DNA of 64,000 nt from Hemiscyllium ocellatum (Eukaryota). The notes under the pieces are model-generated. The model was not told where the DNA came from, ran no database searches, and worked only from the letters and a program-made list of their open reading frames with translations. Shown piece after piece: positions 36,301 through 51,450 of this stretch. The stretch lies in the NCBI RefSeq assembly GCF_020745735.1, contig NC_083421.1, positions 45,933,001-45,997,000 of the forward strand, written 5' to 3'. The position numbers and the translations under genes were made by a program. The first letter of the stretch is position 1; each line of letters starts with the position of its first letter.

Positions 36301-39300
36301 ACAGAAAAGATTCACCCCTTGCTATAATCTGTGAAAATTCAAGAGGATAAGAACTATTTAAAGTAAAAATTAACAACTTTATTTCTTAAAGTATAACAGA
36401 GAATAATTAACTAACAACTATTTACAACTCTTTCCTCTAACCTATTGTTTACTTTCCCTTCTATAATACTAGTCTGATAAAACCCCTGAGTAAGATTTAC
36501 CAAAAATTCAAATTTCAAAACCAGGCAACTGTCGAATCTTCCCTTTGTATCTTCCTCTGTAGATTTTCTTCTTCTTAGGGAATTCTGTTTCACAGGTCAT
36601 TGATAGATAAAAGGTATCTTTTAAGAGAGCTGTGTTTTGGGCAGTCTGTACATGCTGGTGGTTTGGCAGTTCTCCCCTCAACTGTTCAATTTTTCCCCTC
36701 TGATAGCCCAAAGCATTGGATTGTTTCATTGGTTTTTAATATTGTCAGTATACTAAATTCACATTTGATTGGAGTTTGGTATTTTGGTTAATAATTTAAA
36801 CTGATTGGCAGAATTTGAATTTTTTTTTTGTCATGTCCAGGCAACCCAGCTAATCTAACTGTTCAATCAAATGTTATATTGTTATCTTATTCAGAACACT
36901 TGGTGCTGTGTCAGGTAGTTCTGCTAGCTTTTAACTCTCTGAAAGATACAGTGCCCCTTATGTTCATAACATTAACCATGCAAATTGATAGCCCATCATC
37001 AATTATCTGTGCATTTCAATAAGTTGTTGCATTTGCACTGCACTCTCGAAACAAATTAAATTCACCACAAAGTTTGGCAAATAGCCCTTTTCATGAAATT
37101 TATGTCCCTTAGCCTTTCCATCAAAGGAAATGTTTAAAATTATGGAGTTTCATTCCTGCATGTAGTAAATGTTCTTGCTAGTTTTTAAAACTTAATTTTA
37201 CTATGTGTGTTGCTGAGGTTGTACTTTTGTTACTCATTTTAATTGAAGATCTAATGCCTTTTATTTAAAGCATCAAAACACACAAAAATCACGTAATTGT
37301 TCCTTTAATCTATGTATTGTCTAAATCAGAAACTGGTTTGTGGAGAAGTCCAACAATAAATGGCACACCACCTACACCCCGGACATGTCATGGCTCTACT
37401 GCAGCTATTGGAGATTGCCTTTATGTATTTGGTGGTGGAGACAAAGGAGCAGAACCTGTACAAGATACACATCTCTATGTGTTTGATAAAGGTATAAATA
37501 AGCAGAATGCAATTTCACTGTGGCATATGAGAATTTGAATATTGCAAATGCTAGTTAAACTGTGTTTAGGAACTGACAGTTTTTTTTTTCTCCACTGAAA
37601 ATACTAATGCTAATACATGTATTTCTTTAGCCACACTTGGCTGGTCACAGCAATCAACAGAAGGAAACCCACCAGCTCCAAGACATGGCCATGTGATGAT
37701 TGCTGTAGGTAGCAAATTGTTTATCCATGGAGGATTATCTGGAGACACATTTTTTAATGATATGCATGTAATTGATACAGGTAGGTCCTGGACATAATCA
37801 GTTATTTTAAGATATGAAAATTCTTATTGGTGATTGGAAGTATTTTGGAAATTTTGCAGATTAACAGGCTAATCTGCTGAGGTTAGTATTCATCCCAGTG
37901 CAAGGAAACAAAAAGCAAGGGGAAGTGAGGTTAGAGAGATTGTAACAAATGCAGCAGAAATTGATAACTCAGTAGCTTCAGTGAAAATTTTGGCAAGGTG
38001 GTAATGAAACCAAAGATCCTGCCTAATTCTCTGGGAACATGGTTTTAAATTGCACCATGGCAGCTGATGGTCGTTAAATGTATTTTTAAAACTCACATTT
38101 AAAAAGTAGCCTTTGCAACCATAAAGTATAAAATATAATTATTGAACTATTTTCAATTGACTTAAAAGCCTATCAGATTCACAAACATCCTTCAGAGAAA
38201 GAAATTTGGGGAAACTGTCCCTATTGTATCTGGCCTACATATGAACCCAGAACCACAACAATGCTGTTGACTCTTAATTGCTTTCTGAAATGGCAGATTC
38301 AATGACCATTCATGCCAGCCTTGTCAGGTTTACCATGTCAAAGAATTAAAAACATTGACAGAAGAAAAAAAAGTTTTTGGAATTACAGAAATAATTACTG
38401 TAAACTTACTACTTGAAGCCTAATCTGAAAGCAAACAATTTTAACTTTTAAAAATGTATCAGTAATAACCTGGATACATTCTGAAAACCTATCTCATTTT
38501 TAATGTGTCTGATATACAGCTGCGGTTAACATGAGATGGAAGAAAATAAAAATGAAGGGTGATATCCCAAAAGGTTGTGCAGCTCATTCTGCAATTTATC
38601 ATGGAAAGTACATCTTCATCTTTGGTGGTATGGATGTCACAGGAGCTTTGAATACCATGTATAAATATCATATTGGTGAGTCATAGAGATGTACAGCACG
38701 GAAACAGACCCTTCGGTTCAACTCGTCCATGCCGACTAGATATCCTAACCTAATCTCATCCCATTTGCCAGCACTTGGCCCATATCCTTCTAAACTCTGC
38801 GAAAGTGAGCACTGCAGATACTGGAGATCAAAGTCAAGATTAGAGTGCTGCTGGAAAAGCACAGCAGGTCAGGCTGTGTCCAAGGAGCAGGAAAATCAAT
38901 GTTTCAGGAATGAGGCTGGGAGCCTCGAGGGTGGAGATAAATGGTAGGGGGGTGAGGCTGGGATGAAGGTAGCTGAGAGTGCAATAGATGGATGGAGGTG
39001 TGGGTGAAGGTGATAGGTCAGAGAGGAGAGTGGAGTGGATAGGTGGGAAGAAAGATTGAAGATGGTCATGAGGACGGTGCTGAGCTGGAAACTTGGAACT
39101 GGGGTAAGGTTGGAGAAGGGGAAATGAGGAAACTGGTGAAGTCCACATTGATGCCATGGGGTTGAAGGGTCCCAAGACAGAAGATACGGCGTTCTTCCTT
39201 CAGACATTGGGTGGTAAGGGAGTGATGATGGAGGAGGCCCAGGACCTGCATGTCCTCAGCAGAGTGGGAAGGGGAGTTGAAATGTTCAGCCATGGCGCAG

Positions 39301-42300
39301 TGGGGTTGATTGGTGCGGATGTCCCGGAGATGTTCCCTAAAGTGCTCTGCGAGTAGGCATCCAGTCTCCTCAATGTAGAGGAGACCTCATTGGGAGCAAC
39401 GGATACAGTAAATGACGTGTGGAAGTGCAGGTAAAACTTTGATGGATGGAAAGGCTCCTTTGGGGCCTTGCATGGAGGTGAGGGGGGAGGTGTGGGAGTG
39501 GGTTTGCAGTTCATCAACTTTACCAACACATCCCACCCCGACCTTAAATTCACCTGGACCGTCTCTGATACCTCCCTCCCTTTATTGGACCTCTCCATCT
39601 CCATCAACAGTAACCTACTCAGCACTGACATTTTCTACAAACTCACCGACTCCCACAGCTACATGGATTACGTCTCCTCCCAACCTGCCTCCTGCAAAAA
39701 TGCTATACGGTATTCCCAATTCCTCCGCCGCATCTGCTCCCAGGAGGACCAGTTGCACCACAAAACACACCAGATGGCCTCCTTCTTTAAAGACCACAAT
39801 TTCCCCTCCCACATGGTTGATGATGCCCTCTAGCACACATTTCTGCCCTCGAACCCCATCCCTCTAACCGCAACAAGGACAGAACTGCCCCCCTGGTCCT
39901 CACCTTCCACCCCACCAACCTCTGCATACACCACATTATTATCCGCCATTTCTGCCACTGACAGACAGACCCCACCAAAGATATATCCGCTTTCCGTAAA
40001 GACCATTCCCTCTGTGACTATCTGGTCAGGTCCATGCCCCCTAGCAACCCACCCTCCCCTGCCACTATAGGAATTGCAAAACCTGCACCCACACCTCCCC
40101 TCTCACCTCCATGCAAGGCCCCAAAGGAGCCTTCCACATCCATGAAAGTTTCACCTGCACTTCCACACATGTCATTTACTATATCCGTTGCTCCGATGCA
40201 GTCTCCTCTACATTGGGGACACTGGATGCTTACTCACAGAGCACTTCAGAGAACAACTCTGGGATACACGCAGCAATCAACCCCACTGACCCGTGGCTGA
40301 ACATTCAAATCCCCCTTCCACTCTGCCAAGGACATGCAGGTCCCGCGCCTCCTCCATCACCACTCCCTTACCAACCGACGCTTGGAGGAAGAATGCCTCA
40401 TCTTCCACCTCGGGACCATTCAACCCCATGGTATCAATGTGGACTTCAACAGTTTCTTCATTTCCTCTCCTCCCATCTTACCTAGCTCCAACCTTCCAGC
40501 TCAGCACCATCCTCATGATCTGTCCAATTTGTCAATCTTCCTTCCCATCTATCCACTCTACCCCAGAGGCTCCCAGCCTCATTCCTTATGAAGGGCTTTT
40601 GCCCAAAATGTTGATATTCCTGCTCCTCGGATGCTGCCTGACCTTTTTCTGGACCCTTCCTATTCATATCTGAAACACTTTAACTCTCCCTCCCACTCCA
40701 CCGAAGACATGCAGGTCCTTGGACTCCTCCACTGGCAGAACATAACAACACGACGGCTGGAGGAGGAGCGCCTCATCTTCCGCCTGGGAACCCTCCAACC
40801 ACAAGGAATGAACTCAGATTTCTCCAGTTCCTCATTTCCCCTCCCCCCACCTTGTCTCAGTCGGTTCCCTCAACTCAGCACCGCCCTCCCAACCTGCAAT
40901 CTTCTTCCTGACCTCTCCGCCCCCACCCCACTCCGGCCTATCACCCTCACCTTGACCTCCTTCCACCTATCACATCTCTATCGCCCCTCCCCCAAGTCCC
41001 TCCTCCCTACCTTTTATCTTAGCCTGCTTGGCACACTCTCCTCATTCCTGATGAAGGGCTTATGCCCGAAACGTCGAATTTCCTGTTCCTTGGATGCTGC
41101 CTAACCTGCTGTGCTTTAACCAGCAACACATTTTCAGCTGTGATCTCCAGCATCTGCAGACCTCATTTTTTACCTTCCTATTCATATACCTATCCAGATG
41201 GCTTTTAAATGCTGCAATTGTACCAACCTCCACCACTTTCTTTGACAGCTTATTCCATACACACACCACCTTTTATGCGAAAAGGTTGCCCCTTATGTCC
41301 TTTTTAATATCTTTCCTGTCTCACCCCCCCAGGGAAAACTTTTGTTTATTTACTTTATCCATGCCCCTCATGATTTTTATAAATCTCTATAAAGTCACCC
41401 CTCAGCATCCAACGCTTCAGGGATAACAGCCCCAGCCTATTCAGCCTCTCCCAATAGCTCAAATCCTCCAACCATGGCAACATCCTTAAATCTTTTCTGA
41501 ACCTTTCCAAGTTTCACAATATCATTCCAAAAGGAAGGAGACTAGAATTGCACATTATTCCAAAAGAGGCCTAACCAATGTTCTGTACAGCTGCAACATG
41601 ACTTCCCAACTGCACTTTTTTGTTCCGAGATGGATTATTAAGTTAAAAATTAAGTTATTAATTTGAAAATCAAACCAGTCCCAGTATGTTAGTGAATATA
41701 CTAGAGTAATAGTTGATATCATGTAAAATTCGACCCCTATTTTTGGCAAAATAATCTGAAATTTTCCATGTATCTCATGTAAAAGGTGACCCTAGTGCTT
41801 CACAGATAACAGATTAACGTTTGAGTCACGTCCGACTCCAACTTTCCAGTGTGCCGGTTGATCCGCTCTGCTCCTAGTCTTCCACTCTGCCCCTAGTCTT
41901 CCACTCTGCCGTTTAGCGATCAATTGGGCTTCTGCTAATGATACAGTATGAATTTTGGTGGGCATGAATTTCAGCCCTTCAAAAATAGTGTCCATGTATT
42001 AGTCGACTCCATAAATTTAACCTGAAGAAAAATGTGACTATTACTCAAGTATATATGGTATGTTAGAATGAGCTCTTTCTGATTTTCAATAAACCTCATA
42101 AGTAGGTTCTCCTTGGCAAATAAAAATTTTGTTGTGTGGTTGTTTTGTTAACTATTTTGAGAATCTGTGTTCAGCTATCCACAATAATTTCATTGTAATT
42201 AGTCATATTAAAACAGACATGGTTACCAGTAACCTAGAAATAATACTTGCTTCATCCTAAAATGAGGGAAGCTGAACTGACTTAGCCTTGTTTTCTAGAA

Positions 42301-43286
42301 TTAGTTTTGGATATTTTGTATTGGGAAATTTACTACTTTAAAAATATTTTCCTGTGCTGTTTAATTTTTTTAGGAGATCCACCATCCTTACTCTACCCTA
42401 CTCCCTGAACTATTGACAAAGATGACAAAAGATAGCCTATTTTCATGCATCTGCTAAAACTAAATTAAAACCAAAAGAACTGCGTATGCGAGAAATCAGA
42501 AACAAAAATTGCTGGAAAAGATCACGTCTGGCAGCATCTGTGGAGAGAACTTAAGAGTTTACATTTCATAAAACTCACAGATGTGGCCAACCCTGCTGAG
42601 CTTTTCTAGCAACTTCTGTTCATGCATCTGCATGTTTTGGATAACAAATTCCATTGCCAGTTAATTTGGACATTTTTCTTTTAGATTTAGTGTTTCTTTC
42701 CTTTTTGCTGTTTCTTTTATTTCTGCTGGGTTTTTTTATTCTGTTGTTTGTAACCATGATCACACCAGAGAATGGCAACTTTGTACACTTTACTATATTC
42801 CCATAGTTGATTACACATGGCAATAATACATTTCAATCATGCAAGTAAACACTTAAGTTCTCCATTTAGACATTTTTCTTTCAAAACTGAAGACAGCAAT
42901 GCTGTCAGATTCTGTTTGAGCTTTATTTAAACTACAGATTTAATTTCTTTTCATTAGAAACGAACTGCTGGACACTCTTGGAATTTGGTTCCTCGCTACC
43001 AGCAGGACGGCTGGATCACGCTATGTGTGTGATACCCTGGAAAATAAGGAAAGCAAATGAAGCCTCCACTCCTGAAAAAAATAGTGACGAACAATCACCT
43101 AACGGGAACACATGTGAGGAATCTAGCCAGCAAAGCAAGGCTGATGGAAATCTTGTACCAAGGAATTGTTCAGTAGTTCAAAATCAAACTGTGAACATTG
43201 TGCATCTATGTTTGGTTTTTGGTGGAATGGACACTCAAGGAGAAATTTATAATGACTGTTTTGTCACACTAGTTGATGGTTATTAA
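18332..43286 (+). CDS. RABEPK: Rab9 effector protein with kelch motifs (p40), complete, 384 aa, 7 coding exons
   Basis: Exons 18332-18384, 34223-34374, 35651-35803, 37330-37491, 37631-37780, 38520-38675 and 42958-43286 total 1155 nt in frame. Kelch repeats show repeated GG...W motifs. N-terminus MGLLTVLEPGERPQIATWYTL, C-terminus CLVFGGMDTQGEIYNDCFVTLVDGY. Synteny with PPP6C and HSPA5 fits. Confidence 0.95.
19040..20632 (+). mobile_element. CR1 LINE ORF2 and 3' tail fragments with a 5'-truncated HE1 SINE (19910-20166, -)
   Basis: VPEDWRIVNV, SVTSGVP*GSVLG, KFVDDT and CR1 tail; the SINE body matches 28536-28849. Confidence 0.85.
20635..20835 (+). mobile_element. RTE-clade LINE fragment
   Basis: EIQHHIQSASTAIG...VFDNCDI resembles the RTE post-RT region. 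Confidence 0.55.
21030..21430 (+). mobile_element. Isolated Gypsy pol fragment (protease-RT linker)
   Basis: YTGEV..., LLEITWLEKI and KVEAELEILVKMGVLE-like translation. Confidence 0.55.
21568..22330 (-). mobile_element. RTE-clade LINE fragment
   Basis: Minus strand reads EIKKEWWTKKAKEL, FFSAFKVIYGP, KIWDKEK, SYQGISLFSIARKI and EEILPESQ. Confidence 0.75.
23132..27625 (+). mobile_element. Full-length decayed Ty3/Gypsy (Mag-like) LTR retrotransposon
   Basis: LTRs 23132-23368 and 27395-27625 (TG...TTATTTCA); PPT CAGAGGGTGGGA; flanks GCAAG/GCATG. Gag remnant, protease IDSGA (~24337), RT YLDD (25101), RNase H CDASPYG (~25526) and integrase ELHQGNPG / PASNG are present, with many stops. Confidence 0.93.
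28310..29000 (+). mobile_element. HER1/CR1 LINE 3' end
   Basis: agagggcataggtttaaggtgag... through ...ctgtttccatgttgtactctatga tail. Confidence 0.85.
28536..28849 (-). mobile_element. Young full-length HE1-type V-SINE
   Basis: Intact tRNA head GGGTGGCACGGTGGCACAGTGGTTAGC...GGTTCAATTCC, short TCTAA/CCTAA tail, 8-bp TSD AACATTTA (28528-28535 and 28850-28857). Confidence 0.93.
29009..29400. mobile_element. Tc2/pogo-like MITE, copy 1
   Basis: TA-CCTTATATACTG...CATATGG-TA ends; colinear with 41690-42060. Confidence 0.7.
31215..31635 (+). mobile_element. Old DeuSINE (SacSINE1-like), interrupted by a CR1 fragment (~31440-31578, -)
   Basis: Blocks agcacaaaatctaagctg, gtctttcaaat, ttatctgttcatcattatattgctgtttgaggga and the aagcactttgg tail. 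Confidence 0.55.
32640..33628 (-). mobile_element. Penelope-like element (3' part) with an intact hammerhead core
   Basis: HPDFKFTWTI, YKLTVSHSYLDYTSSHP and AEHFNSPSHS motifs; minus strand CTGATGAAGGGCTTATGCCCGAAACGTC at ~32714-32687. Confidence 0.9.
34223..34374 (+). CDS. RABEPK: RABEPK exon (YTLVPRGESP...VGGANPNGSFSDAHVLDL)
   Basis: tttag acceptor, G|GTAACA donor; 152 nt. Confidence 0.95.
34860..35052 (+). mobile_element. tRNA-derived SINE; same family at 54550-54735
   Basis: Two colinear copies (gatgccaacag...caccaccagtc.tctctctctgtaatgag). Confidence 0.65.
35651..35803 (+). CDS. RABEPK: RABEPK exon (KLEWDVPEWKGLLPRYEHSS...NRNCVQVLNF)
   Basis: aatag acceptor, G|GTAATA donor; 153 nt; not in the ORF track. 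Confidence 0.95.
36256..36971 (-). mobile_element. Solo LTR with perfect termini and 4-bp TSD
   Basis: TGTTATGA...TCATAACA termini, TTAA on both sides, minus-strand AATAAA at 36383-36378. Confidence 0.8.
37330..37491 (+). CDS. RABEPK: RABEPK exon (TGLWRSP...YVFGGGDKGAEPVQD...FDK)
   Basis: atcag acceptor, G|GTATAA donor; 162 nt. Confidence 0.95.
37631..37780 (+). CDS. RABEPK: RABEPK exon (TLGWSQ...PRHGHVM...IHGGLSGD...IDT)
   Basis: ctttag acceptor, G|GTAGGT donor; 150 nt. Confidence 0.95.
38520..38675 (+). CDS. RABEPK: RABEPK exon (AVNMRWKK...GCAAHS...IFGGM...YKYHI)
   Basis: atacag acceptor, G|GTGAGT donor; 156 nt. Confidence 0.92.
38798..40650. mobile_element. Inverted (minus then plus) Penelope-like insertion
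   Basis: Minus copy 38798-~39510 is joined to plus copy ~39506-40650 (HPDLKFTWT, FYKLTDSHSY, FTCTSTHVIYYIRC GIY-YIG region). Confidence 0.88.
40670..41172 (+). mobile_element. Young PLE 3' end with 15-bp TSD
   Basis: CCTTCCTATTCATAT at 40655-40669 and 41173-41187; KHFNSPSHS...EERLIFRLGTLQPQGMN. Confidence 0.9.
41044..41079 (+). ncRNA. Minimal type I hammerhead ribozyme motif (PLE-associated)
   Basis: ATTC-CTGATGA-A-GGGC-TTAT-GCCC-GAAA-C-GTC-GAAT: stem I ATTC/GAAT, stem II GGGC/GCCC, palindromic ACGT helix III. Confidence 0.75.
41690..42060. mobile_element. Tc2/pogo-like MITE, copy 2
   Basis: TIRs ATATACTAGAGTAATAGT / ACTATTACTCAAGTATATATGG-TA; internal 19-bp tandem duplication at ~41866-41909. 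Confidence 0.72.
42958..43286 (+). CDS. RABEPK: RABEPK last coding exon
   Basis: cattag acceptor; TNCWTLLEFGSSLPAGRLDHAMCVIPW...VDGY*; stop TAA ends at 43286. Confidence 0.95.
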
Positions 43287-44026
43287 CTGTACTTATTCCC
43301 TTGGTATAGTTACCACTTGTTTACAAAACTTGTTCCACATGAACATACTTAGAAATCATGTTATAACAGAAGGTGTGGATGCTGTAAGTGCTTAGGACTG
43401 GCAGCATGTGGTAAATACCACCTTCTCCAGCAAAGCCAGGAGTTTCCAGTCTCTTAAACTCCAATTCACCTTTACTTAAACCTGAAATATTTATACTGTG
43501 TAATGTTGTTCACTTCTCTGAACTTTTCCTTAACTACTTACTGAGAGATGTTGAAATTATTTTCAGCCCTACTGAAACTGGGATAATGTGAACAGGACAA
43601 GCGTACAAAATATATCCTGCATAGTTAAATTCTAATTTAATTGACATGATTCAAAGTGTATGAAGTAATGTAGTTAAAGTGGAGGGAGTGTTGTTAGAGG
43701 TTATAAAAATTTTAGATTGGATATGATTAGAGAATCAGCAATAAGGCAGCTCTTTCCTCAGTGACCAAGGTCAACATCTGATTTCAATGACACCCTGAAC
43801 CATACCTGTAATTTTCATCCACTGTGCATTCTATTTAAAGTGTGATTAAATTTGTCACAAGATTAGAATTTGTTTAATTCATGCAGAAGGGCTAGTATGA
43901 AGTGCTGTCTAAATGTGGAATTCCAAAGACATTGTGTAGGTATAAAATTAGTCTTCACAGGGGTAGTACAGGTATTTTATTGAAATTTCAATGTTTGTTT
44001 CTTACAGAATTGTACATCTTTAAAAA

Positions 44027-44032
44027 AATAAA
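44027..44032 (+). terminator. Probable RABEPK polyadenylation signal AATAAA
   Basis: AATAAA about 740 nt after the stop, with TGTA (44011) just upstream. Confidence 0.6.
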
Positions 44033-44775
44033 GTTGAAATCAATTGAACTTGGAATATAAAAGTTGCTTGAAAATGTACATCCTACAATTTTGTTCATGT
44101 GCCTTTTCAATAGCCACAGTAAGCCTTATTTATACTGGAACAAACATGCCAGTCTGTGGATGTGGATTTAGTCAACCTCAATACCAAGAATGATGAGAGC
44201 TCTTCTTCCAGAGGAAGGTTTGTTCTTTTCATCTGTAAAGATCAAAAGTATTTCTCTCCTAGGATTAGTGAAATTTATCCCTGAATTCACATTGAACCTC
44301 ATGATTAGAGTGTGACCATTTATGCATGTTAATGCTGGAATCAGGTGAACCTTCACCTGAGAAATAGCACCTGTTACTTAATATGCAAAGATTAAACATG
44401 TGTTCAACCCAAAAAAAACAATTGTCATCTACTCTAGTTAGTTGCAGCATTTGTTGGAAGCTGTTGTAACCATCCAAAATGTAGCAACTGCTATGACAGC
44501 TTGTGAATGGAACATATGCTGGACTGGGTTAATCAATCAATTTTCTGGGTGAGTCAGTCCATTAGTTTCTTCTGCAGGCTTAAATGGGAGGGAGGGGGAG
44601 GCAAGAAATATTCCTTTTCTCAGTTGCCAAAATATGATAAAAGGAAGTGTTTGGCATTTCTTATTGCTTTTGAGCAGGTGCAGAAATAACTTAATCAAAG
44701 CCTGATGCATACTTAGACAGGGGAAAACAACGTAAGGTTGGTCAGAGCAAGTTTAACTGAATAGCCAAGTCTGCC

Positions 44776-44827
44776 ATGTATGTATGTATGTATGTATGTA
44801 TGTATGTATGTATGCATGCATGCATGC
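44776..44827. repeat. Compound microsatellite (ATGT)9(ATGC)4
   Basis: Read directly from the sequence. Confidence 0.95.
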
Positions 44828-45130
44828 TGTCTGTTCATTCTACTTGATGCACACAACAGAACCTTACTTTCCTAGGAGTTTAAAATCAGCATTTAAAGTC
44901 ACAAAAAATTGCCACTGATTTGATTAAGTTGTGGCATGGTACACAATCCAAAACACTTGGTGCATTCAAGATGCATGTCAAAATAATCTGAAATCAAAAA
45001 AAAGTTATTTTTACTTAATTTTGAAACTCCAATGAAGTCAAGACTCTGAAAGATACAGTTCAATAATAGCATTCTTTCCCAAAGACATCTACACCCTCTA
45101 GACAAGGTAATGTTTGTATCAAACAAAACA

Positions 45131-45136
45131 TTTATT
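45131..45136 (-). terminator. HSPA5 proximal polyadenylation signal AATAAA
   Basis: TTTATT on + about 290 nt past the stop, followed on - by a UG/U-rich tract (TGTTTTGTTTG). Confidence 0.7.
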
Positions 45137-45425
45137 GGTCAATACAGTAGAAAACATTCTACACTTTGACAGACCAAACAAAGGGATTCCAAATAAATAG
45201 AAAAATGGATACTGGAGAACATTGTACTCAGCCTTGACAACTCAATTTCCCAATCAAGCTCTCCCTCTGGCTAACTCATGCTGAAACTGCATTAGAAAGT
45301 ATGAGCCTTTGAGAATTTTCAGTCCACTCAAGTGAAAATTGTGCACATACATTCAAGAATTAAGTCCTTATCATTCAGAAATCTTTCTCAAACAGTCCAA
45401 TATTTACAAAATTGAAGTCCTTAGA

Positions 45426-50205
<4,780 letters not shown>

Positions 50206-50329
50206 GGTGTCTCACGATTGTGCCCTTGGTAGTGATGGCTATTCCTTAAAAGATAGAGAGGGGAAACATTACAAGTCAATGATTACCATACATCTACATG
50301 TGACCATTAAACCTCACTTTTACATTTAA

Positions 50330-51450
50330 CATTAGAATATCAACATTGCAAGTTCACAACTGGTGAAAACCCATGGTATGGTTCAAAAGAAAAGCCTTAC
50401 ACCAAAGACGATATAAAGATTGATGACCTGAACTGTGGCAAGCATGATTTAATCCCGGAAGTGGTACGTTTGGGAGGGCTAACACGGCATGCAACCACAC
50501 ACTGAACAGAAAGTACAGAGAATCACAGAAACTTTGATGTGCATAGTCTGCTGCCTTTGAGGGTCAATGGCCAAGTCGACTATGGTGTCTGTGGGATATG
50601 TGCCTACAAATCAAAGTATTGCTTTAAGTCTGATGTTAGTTAAGTTACAGCTGCATCCTACATGCATGTCTGGTCACCGCACTACAGGAAGGATGTTAGG
50701 TTAGATTAGATTAGATTCCCTACAGTGTGGAAACAGGCCCTTCAGACCAAAAAGTCCACACCAACCCTCTGAAGAGTAACCAACTCAGACCCATTTCCCT
50801 CTGATTAATGCACCTAACACTATGGGCTATTCACCTGACCCGCACACCTTTGGACAATGGGGGGAAAACTGGAGTATCCGGAGGAAACCCATGCAGGCAC
50901 AGGGAAAATGTACCAACGCCACAGAGACAGCTACCCACGGCTGGGCTCAAACCTGGGTCCCTGGCACTGAGGCTACAGTACTAACCACATAGCCACCATT
51001 TGTAGGATATTGGAGAATGCAGAAGAGATTAATCGGGATTGGTGTACAAAAAGGGATCAATACAGGTAATTTTCTTATGGGCAGGAAAAGCTGAATGGGT
51101 ACCCAAATGAGACTCAAAAACATCAAGATAGGTAAGGTGAAACACCCCCTGCCTTAAAGGTTGATAACCAGCGGAAGCACTTTTTAACGCAAGAATCAAG
51201 AGATTTAGAAGGGATTAAAGGAATTTTTTTAAAAATCACTTAGAGGGTGCTGAGCGTATAAAACTCACTGCTTTATAAAAAAAGCGTGGTAGAAGCAGGA
51301 ACCATCAAGACACGCAAGGCGCGTTTATAACGCCAAAATAGAAAAGGTTACGGGCCAAGCGCTGAAAAACGGCATTAGAATAGATGGATTCTTGATGACT
51401 GATGCGGTCAACATGCAGAAGCATCGGCGACTTAGTGAACGTGTTGCATA
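50330..51450 (+). mobile_element. Old CR1 fragment with an HE1 SINE (50697-50998, -) in the HSPA5 5'-UTR intron
   Basis: CR1 blocks tctggtcaccgcactacaggaaggatg; SINE with (TTAGA)n tail. Confidence 0.75.

Larger units (their letters stand above)
38678..41612 (-). mobile_element. HER1/CR1 3' fragment (38678-38797, 40653-40669, 41173-41612) hosting two PLE insertions
   Basis: The LINE tail sequence is continuous across the inserts. Confidence 0.85.

Noticed and set aside
44776-44827. Regularly repeated units as a CRISPR-like or Z-DNA element
   Set aside because: It is a plain tetranucleotide microsatellite with no spacers, and it is AT-rich so a weak Z-DNA former.
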